Source of the DNA: Vulcanimicrobiales bacterium
GTDB lineage: Bacteria > Vulcanimicrobiota > Vulcanimicrobiia > Vulcanimicrobiales > Vulcanimicrobiaceae
Assembly: GCA_038231455.1 (NCBI GenBank)
Contig: JBBRLI010000001.1
Coordinates: 96,001-160,000 of the forward strand
Length of the DNA stretch: 64,000 nucleotides
Direction of reading: 5' to 3'
Shown: positions 31,593-41,277 of the stretch, piece by piece
Position numbering within the stretch: position 1 is the first letter of the stretch
How the letters are laid out: every line of letters begins with the position of its first letter
Translations under genes and position numbers: made by a program
The notes under the pieces: model-generated
The model's database searches: none
The model's input: the letters and a program-made list of their open reading frames with translations, nothing else
Told to the model about the DNA's origin: nothing

Positions 31593-31734
31593 ATCACATC
31601 TATCGGCATGCCTTTTCTGAAAGCGGGTAGTCGGATGCGAAAAATGGTCCGTACGCCGTGGAGTGCGATGCAGATCACACCCGCGTTCACATCCCTGACA
31701 CGCCACGTTTACAGCCGCCCGCTAAGCTGGCGCG

Positions 31735-32301
31735 ATGGATTCCGCAGCCGCACTCATTACCGCGACCGATCCCCTCGCCGCCCGCACGATCGAGACGACA
31801 CTCGCGCGTTTCGGGACTGGGGCGCTCGCGGTCGCAGCGGAGGCCGGTATTCGCATCGTTGCACTCGAGCCACGCTGCGCCTACCGCGATGCGTCGCCAG
31901 CACTTCGACGCCTTGGCGCAGGCGTGGACGAGTGGCCCGCGCCCCCCGCCGGCCTGTTCGTCGTGGAAGAACGCACGATGTACCTTCGCACGTGTTCGCC
32001 GATGACCGTGGCGCACGAGTTCGGCCATGCACTGGACTGCGCGCTCGGCGGAGGCGTGTACCGAAGCAGCACGGACGCCGCAATTCGGAGCGCCTTCGCA
32101 TCGGCAACGGCCTTTGTTACACCATATGCGGCTTCCGCGGTCGATGAGTATTTCGCTGAGGCCATGCGCGCCTGGGTCGGCGTCAACGACGTCCGATCGC
32201 TTTGGCCGCGCGCGACACGCGAGCGGCTGCAGACACTCGACCCGCCGATCGCATCGATCGTCGGTACGCTCTTTGCCGTTGAACTCGCCGCCGACCGGTA
32301 G
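31735..32301 (+). CDS. Zinc metallopeptidase, anthrax lethal factor/PPEP (ATLF)-like domain
   Basis: HEFGHALD followed by YAA...DEYFAEA; no signal peptide. Confidence 0.7.
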   Translation: MDSAAALITATDPLAARTIETTLARFGTGALAVAAEAGIRIVALEPRCAYRDASPALRRLGAGVDEWPAPPAGLFVVEERTMYLRTCSPMTVAHEFGHALDCALGGGVYRSSTDAAIRSAFASATAFVTPYAASAVDEYFAEAMRAWVGVNDVRSLWPRATRERLQTLDPPIASIVGTLFAVELAADR

Positions 32302-32334
32302 GGAACGCGAAAGACGACGACAAGACTACTCCTC

Positions 32335-33249
32335 ATGGCATCAACGCTTTCACGCCGCGCTTTCGTAGCCGGCCTCTCGCTTCTCGCTGCGGCGTCGGTC
32401 ACCGGGGCGCGCGCCGCTGATGGTACGGGCGATATCAAAGTTCGCTGGTACGGCGGGGGCGTCGTCGAGCTCGCGACGCCCGATGATTCGACGATCGTGC
32501 TAGTCGATGCGTGGATTTGGAACAACACGGGCTTCGCGCGTTTCAAGCTGACCAAGCCCGCCGAACTCGCGAGCCCCGCCGCTTACATTGCGGCGATGAA
32601 GGCGCGCAAACCGAAATCCATTATCGTCGCGGTCACGCATGACCATGGCGATCACTTCGGCGACTACTTCGAACTGATGAAGGCACTCGTCGATGCGGGC
32701 TTCGACGTGAAGTCGGTCGGCCAAAGCGACTTCATGCGCGCGGGGATTAAAGACAAGTTCACCGCGAACGGCATGGACGAGACGAAGATCGTTCTCAATG
32801 GCGGCAATGCGATCAATTTTGGCGGCGTCGCAACTTATGGGGGCGCGACATTCCGCGCGGTGCCGGCCGTTCACTCGAACGGCTCGGCGTTTCCGCCGAT
32901 CGGTTTCATCATCGATCTCAACGGCGTGCGCGTCTATGCTTCGGGCGACACCGATCTCTACGGCGATATGGCGCTCATCGGCAAACGCTACGCACCGGAT
33001 CTTGCAATCGTCTGCGCGGGCGGCGGTCCCTTTACGATGGGACCGGAAGACGCCGCGACGGCTGTTGCGATGTCGGGCGCAATGCAAGCGATCCCCGTGC
33101 ACTACGCGCATAATCCGCTCATTCACGGGCCCGAAGCGGCTGACGAATTCCGTGTCGCACTCGCAAAGGTCGCGCCGAGCGCCAAGGCCATTGCGCTCAA
33201 ACCCGGCGAGACGGCGAACGTTCACGTCACGCCGCGAACCCGCGGCTAG
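32335..33249 (+). CDS. Tat-exported metallo-beta-lactamase-fold hydrolase (UPF0173-like)
   Basis: SRRAFV twin-arginine signal; THDHGDH, AVHS, SGDT, IPVHY. Confidence 0.88.
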   Translation: MASTLSRRAFVAGLSLLAAASVTGARAADGTGDIKVRWYGGGVVELATPDDSTIVLVDAWIWNNTGFARFKLTKPAELASPAAYIAAMKARKPKSIIVAVTHDHGDHFGDYFELMKALVDAGFDVKSVGQSDFMRAGIKDKFTANGMDETKIVLNGGNAINFGGVATYGGATFRAVPAVHSNGSAFPPIGFIIDLNGVRVYASGDTDLYGDMALIGKRYAPDLAIVCAGGGPFTMGPEDAATAVAMSGAMQAIPVHYAHNPLIHGPEAADEFRVALAKVAPSAKAIALKPGETANVHVTPRTRG

Positions 33250-33252
33250 GCC

Positions 33253-33705
33253 TTAGCTGGCTGCCACGTTCATCGCGGCAAGAATCTCGGTTGTCGGTGG
33301 CATCCCGCGCTTGTAGTACGCAATGCGTCCCTGCGTATCGATGCCGACGACGGTTCGATTCGTGATCTTGATCGGCCCAAGTTTGATCAGGGACCCATAG
33401 GCATCGGATGCCACGAAACCGCGGTCGACGAGCAGGGGCGTTGTCAGGCCGTGCTTCGCGACGAACTTCTTGTGCGAGTCGGCGCTCGCGCTGTTCACGC
33501 CGAACACCGCGATTCCGGCGGCCGTATACTGCGGCGCATCGTCACGCGCGATGCACAACTGCTTGGTACAGCCCGGCGTCATGTCGCCCGGATAGAAGAT
33601 GAGCACGACCGGCTGTTTCCCACGAAAGTCGCCGAGGGCGACGCGCATTCCGTCTTGGGATTCCAGGGCAAAATCCGGCGCGGCGGAGCCAATCGTAAGC
33701 CTCAT
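33253..33705 (-). CDS. bcp: Peroxiredoxin (BCP/PrxQ)
   Basis: APDF.L, FYP...TPGCTKQLC. Confidence 0.88.
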   Translation of the reverse strand: MRLTIGSAAPDFALESQDGMRVALGDFRGKQPVVLIFYPGDMTPGCTKQLCIARDDAPQYTAAGIAVFGVNSASADSHKKFVAKHGLTTPLLVDRGFVASDAYGSLIKLGPIKITNRTVVGIDTQGRIAYYKRGMPPTTEILAAMNVAAS

Positions 33706-33733
33706 ACCCTTCGCTTCGACGCCGCCGAACGAA

Positions 33734-35830
33734 TTACGCGCTTGCGGCGAGCACCCTCATGCCATTCCCGTTTGCCGAAAAGATTGCGGGCTGCTCGAGC
33801 TGGGTGGGGACCTCGGGCGCAGCGGCCGTTGTCTCGAACACCGAAACCAGATCCGTTAGGCTTGCCGCTTGCGCGCTGAGCTGGTGCGCGGTTGCGTCCA
33901 TCTCTTGCACCTGAGCAGCCAGCTCCGCGGTGGATGCCGACACGTCGTCGGCAGCACGTGCCTGACGTTCGGAGAGTTCGGCGATCGGGACGATCATCGT
34001 CATCACCGAATGCGAGGTGCCCTGCATCTGGCGAGCTGCCGTTGCGTTCTCTTCGACGATCGCCGAGACACTCGACATATCGCGATTGAGCGTGGAGCTG
34101 GCGTTCTGCATGACGACCGAACGTGCTGCCACGTCTTCTGCGACAACCGTTGTCTGCGCGATCGCATCGCCGACGTTCGCAAGCGCGGTCGTTGCACGAT
34201 TAGCGAGTTGGAGTCCATCTTCCATCACGCCGGTCGATCCGCGCATCGCATCGGCTGCCGCAGCGGTTTCTTTCTGAATCGCCGAGAGGATGCCGGAGAT
34301 CTCGCGCGTCGATTGACTCGACCGTTCGGCGAGCTTACGCACTTCATCGGCGACGACCGCGAAACCGCGGCCGTGCTCGCCGGCGCGCGCCGCCTCGATC
34401 GCTGCGTTGAGCGCAAGCAGATTGGTTTGATCGGCAATATCTTCGATCGCGCCGACGATCTCTCCGACGGCAGCCGAGCGCTGTTCGAGCACCGACATCG
34501 CGGCGGTCACGTTGGTCGTCGCTTCGCGCAGACGCGCCATCGCATCGGCGGTTTGGCGCACGGCCTCCGAGCCCGCGCCGGCCTCGGAAGTTGCATGGCG
34601 TGCCCGCTCCGCAAGCGACGTGCCGTGCTCGGCGAGCGAGGCGATTTCCCCATCGAGTCGGTCGACCGCTGAGACCGCCGACTGAACGGACTGCATTTGA
34701 TCGGCCGCACCTTGCGCGATCTGCTGTGCGACCCGTGAGAGTTCTTCGACCGCCGTTGTCGCATCACCAACTTGACGCGCTTGTTCGCGCGCGCCGTCGG
34801 CGACGCCCGAGACCGCATGCGAGATGTGTTCGACCGCCGCGCGCGCTTCGCCGGATGAATTCGAGACGTGGCTGCTAGCGCTGGTGAGTTCTTTTGAGGT
34901 ATTGGCAACGCCGTAGATTAGGCGGCCAAGCTGTCCCGTCGTACCGCTGAATTCCGTTGAGATCGACTGCAGACCGTGCGTGAGTTCGTTGTAACTGCGC
35001 GCGAGGTCGCCGATCTCGTCGGCCGCCATCGCCGGCATCGGTTCGCTCTGCGTCGTAAACGACGCCGTGAGCCGTCCGGCGGCAAGATCGGCAAAGGCCC
35101 GCGAGAGCGAGCCGAAATCTTCATTCACTACGCGTCCAAGCGCCGCGGTGACCGCACGCAGGCGGCTCGAGATCGAACGGGCGATCAGGAAGCCGACGAC
35201 GATGGTAACGACGAGTGCGATGCCGATAAAAATAGCGATCGCAAAACGCGCCATGTCGGCGGCGTGTGAAAACGCACTCGCAGCATCGCTCGCAGAAGAT
35301 TCGAGCGTCTTACTCATCTCTTCGAGCGCCGTATCGAGGTGTGCTGCGTCTTTTGAATTATCGGCAAGCAACTTCTTGGTGATCGATGCGCGTCCGTTCG
35401 CCAGTCCGCGGTAGCCGTCGACGACGGCTGTGTCGTCTGTATTGACTTCTCCGACGATTTCGATATTGCGATTGTTGATATTTCCGGCGAGTGTCGTCGC
35501 GGTCGTGACCGTCTCGGGCAAGCCTTTGATCCCCGCCCCGTGTTCTTTGAGATAGATCAAATCATCGGCCGAATCGGTTCGCGCCGACGCCATGACTTTC
35601 AGATGGTTGGGCTTCTGGGTGAGCACGTAACCGCGCGTGCCGAAGCGATCCAGGTACGCTTGTAAGCGGAGGTCGTTCAAGCGATATTTCAAGTCCGAGA
35701 CCGAACTCAAGACGGTTTTCGCTTGGAACATCGTCGCGATCTGCGAAATCGCGATCACACCCACGATGATGAGCAAGAGCACCGGTACCGCGAAGGCCAG
35801 GGTCAGTTGGCCGCCGATTTTTAAGCGCAT
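33734..35830 (-). CDS. Methyl-accepting chemotaxis protein
   Basis: Two TM segments, HAMP, canonical signalling hairpin; same architecture as 7804-9870. Confidence 0.95.
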   Translation of the reverse strand: MRLKIGGQLTLAFAVPVLLLIIVGVIAISQIATMFQAKTVLSSVSDLKYRLNDLRLQAYLDRFGTRGYVLTQKPNHLKVMASARTDSADDLIYLKEHGAGIKGLPETVTTATTLAGNINNRNIEIVGEVNTDDTAVVDGYRGLANGRASITKKLLADNSKDAAHLDTALEEMSKTLESSASDAASAFSHAADMARFAIAIFIGIALVVTIVVGFLIARSISSRLRAVTAALGRVVNEDFGSLSRAFADLAAGRLTASFTTQSEPMPAMAADEIGDLARSYNELTHGLQSISTEFSGTTGQLGRLIYGVANTSKELTSASSHVSNSSGEARAAVEHISHAVSGVADGAREQARQVGDATTAVEELSRVAQQIAQGAADQMQSVQSAVSAVDRLDGEIASLAEHGTSLAERARHATSEAGAGSEAVRQTADAMARLREATTNVTAAMSVLEQRSAAVGEIVGAIEDIADQTNLLALNAAIEAARAGEHGRGFAVVADEVRKLAERSSQSTREISGILSAIQKETAAAADAMRGSTGVMEDGLQLANRATTALANVGDAIAQTTVVAEDVAARSVVMQNASSTLNRDMSSVSAIVEENATAARQMQGTSHSVMTMIVPIAELSERQARAADDVSASTAELAAQVQEMDATAHQLSAQAASLTDLVSVFETTAAAPEVPTQLEQPAIFSANGNGMRVLAASA

Positions 35831-35836
35831 GCCTTA

Positions 35837-35863
35837 TCATCGGCAGTTCCTAAGGTGGATGTA
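35837..35863 (-). promoter_or_regulatory. Candidate sigma-28 promoter, probably leaderless
   Basis: TACA-N15-GCCGATGA ending 6 nt before the MCP ATG; no convincing SD. Confidence 0.5.
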
Positions 35864-35875
35864 GCGCCCGGTTTG

Positions 35876-36757
35876 TTACAGGGCGGTTACCGTGACCAGG
35901 TTGACGTCGTCGCGCGCGGCGGAAGCGGCGAACTTCACCAGCTCCCTGTAGGTCCGAGGTTTTGCACGCAGGATGACCAGCGCGACGCCGGTTCGACGCG
36001 AGATCCCGACGGCCGTACGCAACATGAAAGCGGTGTAGGCGGGTTCTTCACGGCTATCGGCGGTTACGTCGCGGGTGATTGCGGCCACGTGGCCGGCCTT
36101 CGCGCTGCGATAAAAGACGGCAGCGGGTTCACCGAGCGTATCGACGGCCAGACCTTTGTGCGACGCCAGATACCTTGCGAGGGCGCGCGACCCGTTCTCC
36201 TCGGCCGTCGTGCCGATGAAGCCCTGCGCGCCCCAGCGGTGATAGCGTTCCTCGAGCATGGCTCGAGTAACATGGTCGCCCGGGTCAGTCGCATCGAATG
36301 GGACGAGAATTGCTTTGCCGTTCGCCCGTGCGCGATCGACGAGGTCGCTCGACGAATCGCTCTTGGCATCGCACGCAACGGTAAGCGGAATCGCCGAGTC
36401 GATGAATGGCATCTCGACCGCCGGTTCGTGTCCGCAATCCACCAGAACGAGCGCGAGCTTCGAGGCCGCGTGGAGGCGCGGAGTAAAGGCCGGCGCCCAA
36501 CCGCTGGGACGCGCCGCAACGATGTCACCCGGCGACTCTGCGGGATTGTCGTCGGCAAGGTCGAGCGAATGTGGGCCGCTGAGCACGCGCTCGAAGTGCG
36601 TCACGACGATTGCATCCGGTACCGGCATGCGCGTAATCGGGCCGCGGTTGCCCACGGATGCGCGCCCAATCGAACGACCGCCCAAAAATCCGCCGACAAC
36701 ACCGCCGACGGCAATCACCAACACGACAATCCAAAATGTATCGACGAGACGTTTCAC
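35876..36757 (-). CDS. Membrane-anchored divergent polysaccharide deacetylase (YibQ-like), degenerate
   Basis: N-terminal TM; LALVLVDCG, PLTVA, VDT, ITRDV.AD, LV.V..L end resemble Polysacc_deac_2; GTGA overlap. Confidence 0.6.
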   Translation of the reverse strand: MKRLVDTFWIVVLVIAVGGVVGGFLGGRSIGRASVGNRGPITRMPVPDAIVVTHFERVLSGPHSLDLADDNPAESPGDIVAARPSGWAPAFTPRLHAASKLALVLVDCGHEPAVEMPFIDSAIPLTVACDAKSDSSSDLVDRARANGKAILVPFDATDPGDHVTRAMLEERYHRWGAQGFIGTTAEENGSRALARYLASHKGLAVDTLGEPAAVFYRSAKAGHVAAITRDVTADSREEPAYTAFMLRTAVGISRRTGVALVILRAKPRTYRELVKFAASAARDDVNLVTVTAL

Positions 36758-37989
36758 CTCTGGGCGCGGCGTTCGCTCGAAATCGACCAGACGAGTGCGA
36801 TCAAGAGAAAGTTCGTGAGCAGCGAACTACCGCCGTACGAGAAGAACGGCAGTGTGATCCCGGTGAGTGGGAAGAGACGCAAGACACCGCCGATGATGAT
36901 GAGCACTTGGAAGCCGAGCGTTGAGGCAAGGCCGGTCGCCAGTAATTTCGTATAGAGATCGGGCTGCCGCATCGCGATCGTCAGCGCGCGGCTGACGATC
37001 ACCAAGAACGCGATACAAATGACGATCGCGCCGAGCGCGCCGAGTTCTTCGCTCCAGGCCGCATAACTATAGTCGGTTGCAACTTCCGGAATGAAACCGG
37101 GATGTCCGAGACGGTAGCCCGTCCCGAAGAGGCCGCCGGCACCAAGCGAAAAGAGCGCTTGCAGCGGCTGGTAACCCGCGCCTTGCGGATCGGCGAAGGG
37201 ATGCTGCCAGACATCGATGCGCGCGTGAATGTACCGGTAGTGCGTTGCAGCCCAATACGCAAATATTCCGAAGACAGCAAAACAGCCGACGATCAGATCG
37301 ATGCGGCGCGTGGCGACGTACAGCATGGCAGCAAACGTGCAGAGTAGGAGCGCCGCCATCCCGAGGTCACGCTGGAACACCAGGATCGCCATCGATGCGC
37401 CCCAGCCGATGAAAAGCGGCCCCAGATACTTTGCGTTGGCACGCAGCGACCAGGGTCGCGTGCGCGCGATGACGTCGGCAGTTTCCGCTAGATACGAAGC
37501 CATGAACAGCACGACGAGCAGCTTGATCACTTCGACCGGTTCGAACTGCAGCGTCCCAAAACGAATCCACAGTTTCGCGCCGTTGACTTCTTGACCGAAG
37601 ATCGCAAGCATCACAAAGAGTACGATCGTTCCGAGAATCCAAATATACTTGTACGGAGCGAGCACGCGATACCGATCGAATGCGGGACCCGCAATCACCG
37701 CCAGCACGAGCGAGATCGCAAGCCAGATTTCTTGCTTGTGCGCAAGATCCGGCGAGAGCCGCGCGATCGTAAAGAGGCCGAGCGAAGCGAGTACGACGGC
37801 GATCGCCGGGATCGTATTATCGCGATCGACGCCGGTCGGACGCACGAGCATCCATCCAAATGCAACGAGCGCGAGCAAAATTAGGAGCCAGGTCGGACCG
37901 AGGGAGTTTGGCGGAACGAGGGTAAACGCGCCGGCCGCAATTGCGAGCGCACCGAGCATCGGCACGCTCGCGCGAAGTCTACGGACCAA
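36754..37989 (-). CDS. FtsW/RodA/SpoVE SEDS protein (start uncertain, 37959-38010)
   Basis: NGAKLWI, FEPVE.IK, QRDLG, GYQ..Q, TDY, PLTGITLPF.SYGGSS. Confidence 0.93.
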   Translation of the reverse strand: MVRRLRASVPMLGALAIAAGAFTLVPPNSLGPTWLLILLALVAFGWMLVRPTGVDRDNTIPAIAVVLASLGLFTIARLSPDLAHKQEIWLAISLVLAVIAGPAFDRYRVLAPYKYIWILGTIVLFVMLAIFGQEVNGAKLWIRFGTLQFEPVEVIKLLVVLFMASYLAETADVIARTRPWSLRANAKYLGPLFIGWGASMAILVFQRDLGMAALLLCTFAAMLYVATRRIDLIVGCFAVFGIFAYWAATHYRYIHARIDVWQHPFADPQGAGYQPLQALFSLGAGGLFGTGYRLGHPGFIPEVATDYSYAAWSEELGALGAIVICIAFLVIVSRALTIAMRQPDLYTKLLATGLASTLGFQVLIIIGGVLRLFPLTGITLPFFSYGGSSLLTNFLLIALVWSISSERRAQR

Positions 37990-38833
37990 AGACGACGTGC
38001 GCGATCGCAAACGCGATCAGTGCAGCTAGCATGACGAGCGCGAGCGCCAAGACAATATTGCGCGGAGAAAACGCCGCACCGGAACTGCCTGCCGCGAGGG
38101 GCACCTGTTCGGAGAGCTGACGACCGATGACGAGCGTCCCGCCTTCGCCGGCGCTGCGCATCTTACGCATGGTGAGCAAACGCGAGACGACATCGCTTGC
38201 GCTATCGTTCCCGCCGAGCGCGTAGGCAATTTCATCGCCGCTGATATGGCGGTGAACGCCATCGGTACACAGCACGAGCGAATCGCCCGCCATCAGGCGC
38301 ACGTGCAGAACGCTTGCCTCGAGCGTCGACTGCGTGCCGAGGGTGCGCGTGAGGAGCGATCCGTATTTCGCTTCCGTGGGCGTCGCGGTGCGCGTCGATG
38401 ACCAGCCGTCACCGGCAAGCGAATCGTCATCGGTGAGCAGCGAGAGGCCGCCGTCGCGCGCGAGATACGCGCGCGACTCACCGACATGGCCGACGATCGC
38501 ATGATCGCCCGTGACGAGCACGGCGGTGAGCGAGGTGCCGCCCGCGACGTAATCGTCGTGGCTGCCGGTTTGCGCGTAGACGCGTGCGTTTGCGGCAGAG
38601 AATGCAGCGCTGAGGGCGGCGCGCAAACTCGCGGGATCGGACCCCCGTACCCGTCGTTTGAGCGAATCGCGCAAGAGCTGGAGCGCAACGCTACCGATGC
38701 CGGTACCGCGCACGACGCCGAAGCCATCAGCGACGGCGAGTAAGGCAATCCCCGGCGCGATCACGTCCGAACAGTGCGCATCGGAACTCGTCCGTTGCCA
38801 CATTCCAGGTTGTGAACCAATCGCTATGTCCAT
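37979..38833 (-). CDS. PP2C/PstP-like phosphatase with C-terminal TM, degenerate active site
   Basis: VADGFG, GTSL, HVGESRAY, LTRTLG, LCTDG; lacks the C-terminal DN motif. Confidence 0.85.
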   Translation of the reverse strand: MDIAIGSQPGMWQRTSSDAHCSDVIAPGIALLAVADGFGVVRGTGIGSVALQLLRDSLKRRVRGSDPASLRAALSAAFSAANARVYAQTGSHDDYVAGGTSLTAVLVTGDHAIVGHVGESRAYLARDGGLSLLTDDDSLAGDGWSSTRTATPTEAKYGSLLTRTLGTQSTLEASVLHVRLMAGDSLVLCTDGVHRHISGDEIAYALGGNDSASDVVSRLLTMRKMRSAGEGGTLVIGRQLSEQVPLAAGSSGAAFSPRNIVLALALVMLAALIAFAIAHVVFGP

Positions 38834-39237
38834 GCGCCCACCCCACGAAAGATCAGGGACGCCGGTCCGACCGTCACTTCATCGTCAACGTGGAGTTTCG
38901 CGTTCTCGACGCGTTCCCCGTTGAGCTGGGTGCCGTTCCGGCTTCCCAAGTCTTCGACATAAACGCCGTCATCCCGCATCTCCACCCGAGCATGCAAGCG
39001 GCTCACCCGGTCGTCTTCGATCGGCAGGTCGGCACCGGCGGCTCGGCCCACGAGCACCCGCCGACCGTAGCGGTACGTTTTGATCGTGCGCCCGTCATCG
39101 ACGGTCAGTTCGATCCCCGTCGGAATGTCGACATCCAGCGCTTCCTGGGGCGGCTCGCCACGATTCGGCCGCACCAGCGTCACGAATCCCAGCACCGCCA
39201 TCGCGAGCCCAAACGAGGCCAATCGCAGGTCAACCAC
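38824..39237 (-). CDS. FHA-domain protein with N-terminal TM (FhaB-like)
   Basis: VGR...D.RVSRLHA...EDLGSRNGT. Confidence 0.9.
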   Translation of the reverse strand: MVDLRLASFGLAMAVLGFVTLVRPNRGEPPQEALDVDIPTGIELTVDDGRTIKTYRYGRRVLVGRAAGADLPIEDDRVSRLHARVEMRDDGVYVEDLGSRNGTQLNGERVENAKLHVDDEVTVGPASLIFRGVGAWT

Positions 39238-39832
39238 GGGTCACCTCGACCCGCAGGGCGACATCGCCCACACCGATCTCATCGCCCGAGGCGAGTGTGC
39301 GTCGACCCACACGTTCGCCATTGACGAACGTTCCGTTGGTCGACCCCGTGTCTTCGATCGCAAGGCCGCCGCGCTCCATGACGATCTTCGCATGAAAACG
39401 CGAAACGCGTACGTTCGGAACGACGATTCCGCATTCATCGGAACGTCCGATCGTCATCCCATCGACGAGCACCACGCCGTCGACGGAGAGCTTGGTCGGC
39501 GTCTCATCGACGAGCGCTTCGATTGCAACCGATCCCGCGACGATGCGCACGTCTTCGGCAAGGATCGCGCGCGGTTTCTCAGCGCCGTGCGACGTCATCG
39601 CATCGGCAAGGAGAGCGCTCCAGCGTTTTTCGAGAAACGCGCGGTCGCCCGCGAACCGTTCGTAGTCGAGCGGATTGACTCGCACGACAAACGTGTCGCT
39701 CGGCGTACTCTGCATCGTAGCGACGAGTTTACGTCCGACTTGCGCGGGTTCGAGTGCCGATGGGAACACACGGGCGAACGCGGCTTCGACGAAGCGCGCA
39801 CACGTCAATTCGACCCGCGCGAAGACATTCAC
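39230..39832 (-). CDS. FhaA-like protein (DUF3662 + FHA)
   Basis: VEAAFARVF.S.LEP..V.RKL N-terminus; IGR...VSRFHA...DTGSTNGT. Confidence 0.88.
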   Translation of the reverse strand: MNVFARVELTCARFVEAAFARVFPSALEPAQVGRKLVATMQSTPSDTFVVRVNPLDYERFAGDRAFLEKRWSALLADAMTSHGAEKPRAILAEDVRIVAGSVAIEALVDETPTKLSVDGVVLVDGMTIGRSDECGIVVPNVRVSRFHAKIVMERGGLAIEDTGSTNGTFVNGERVGRRTLASGDEIGVGDVALRVEVTRG

Positions 39833-41277
39833 GTCCGCGTGAGCGTTGCGATGTAAAACCCATCGCGACCGTCGATCCCCGGCGGCACGAGCACGTCGCC
39901 TGCGGGAGTCAAGAAATCGGCGTAGCGCTCGGGCGCCGCCGCGCGCGTGAATTGCGCGTTCGCACCCAGAAAGCCGTCGACGACGCCGTCCCCTTCGCGT
40001 GCATCCGACGAGCAGACCGCGTACACGAGCGTGCCCCGAGCGCGCAGACGCTTCGCCCCCGCTTCGAGAATCGCGCGCTGGAGCGGCGCAAGACGCGCGC
40101 CGTCATCGGATGCTTTGCGCCAGCGCGCTTCGGGCTGCCGGCCCAGAATGCCAAGGCCGGAGCACGGCGCGTCGACGAGCACGCGGTCCATGTCGTCGGC
40201 ACCGCGTGGAATCGTGGCGTCGGCGCATTCGAGCGTGACCGAAGCGAAGCCATGCTCCGCAAGGCGTTTGCGATCGAGCTCGACTTTGCGCTCGTCGTTG
40301 TCGATTGCTTCGAGCGTGCCGGTATCGCCGGTGCGTCCGACGATTTGGAGCGTCTTGTTGCCGCGACCGCTGCACAATTCGAGAATGCGTTCGTTTGGCT
40401 GCGGATCGAGCAAGTCGACCGGCATGCAGGCGCTCTCGGCTTGCAAATTCCAGCGTCCGTTCGCGCGTTCGGCCAAGCGCGAACTCGCGTGCCCGTCGGC
40501 GATGACGATTGCATCGCGCACGAGCGGCGATGCATGCGCGATGATGCCATCGGCGGCAAGTTCGATCACGATTGCAGCCCGATCGAGTTTGGGATCGATG
40601 CGCAGACCGGCGGGCGCGGGGGCGTTGATCCCCGCGAGGATCGCTTCAAGTCGTTCGCTGCCAAAACGTGCACGCCAGTGCGCGACGATCCAATTCGGCA
40701 GTGAGTAACGCGTGCCCAAATAGTCGTCGTCCGTCTCGAACGAGCCGCGATGCACGGGGACCGGCACGGCTTCCGCGACGCGCCGCAAAACGGCATTCGT
40801 CAATCCCGCGGTGCCTTTGTGGCCGTAGCGTTTTGCCAAGCCCACGGATTCCGAGACGGCGGCATACACTTCGACGCCGTTCATCAGATCGAGTTGATAG
40901 GCTCCGAGGCGCAAAACCTCGACGATCGTCGGCGGCATCGATTTGATGCGCTCGCCAATGAACGGTTCGAGAATGAAATCGAGTCGGCGGCGCATTTTGA
41001 TCGAACCATACGCCAGTTCCGTTGCAAACGCCCGGTCGCGCGGGTCGAGTTCGGCCGTGCGGCTGCGATAGTCGAGCGCATCGTGCGCGCCGCGCGGATG
41101 CTCGCCAAAGACATCACGCACGACGTTCAGGGCGACCTCACGCGAGGAGACCTTCCGATCGGCGGTGCGCTCTTTAAACGCCGGGGTGTTGGCTTTGGCA
41201 ACGAACGCGGGTTTCGGACCGGCGGCGAATGCGGGTTTACGGCGGCCTTTGAATGCCGGTTTGCTATTGGTTTTCAT
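39829..41277 (-). CDS. rsmB: 16S rRNA m5C967 methyltransferase
   Basis: NusB-like N-domain; LC...GNKT, VDAPCSGLG, LVYAVCS, DGFYIA; located downstream of fmt. Confidence 0.9.
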   Translation of the reverse strand: MKTNSKPAFKGRRKPAFAAGPKPAFVAKANTPAFKERTADRKVSSREVALNVVRDVFGEHPRGAHDALDYRSRTAELDPRDRAFATELAYGSIKMRRRLDFILEPFIGERIKSMPPTIVEVLRLGAYQLDLMNGVEVYAAVSESVGLAKRYGHKGTAGLTNAVLRRVAEAVPVPVHRGSFETDDDYLGTRYSLPNWIVAHWRARFGSERLEAILAGINAPAPAGLRIDPKLDRAAIVIELAADGIIAHASPLVRDAIVIADGHASSRLAERANGRWNLQAESACMPVDLLDPQPNERILELCSGRGNKTLQIVGRTGDTGTLEAIDNDERKVELDRKRLAEHGFASVTLECADATIPRGADDMDRVLVDAPCSGLGILGRQPEARWRKASDDGARLAPLQRAILEAGAKRLRARGTLVYAVCSSDAREGDGVVDGFLGANAQFTRAAAPERYADFLTPAGDVLVPPGIDGRDGFYIATLTRT

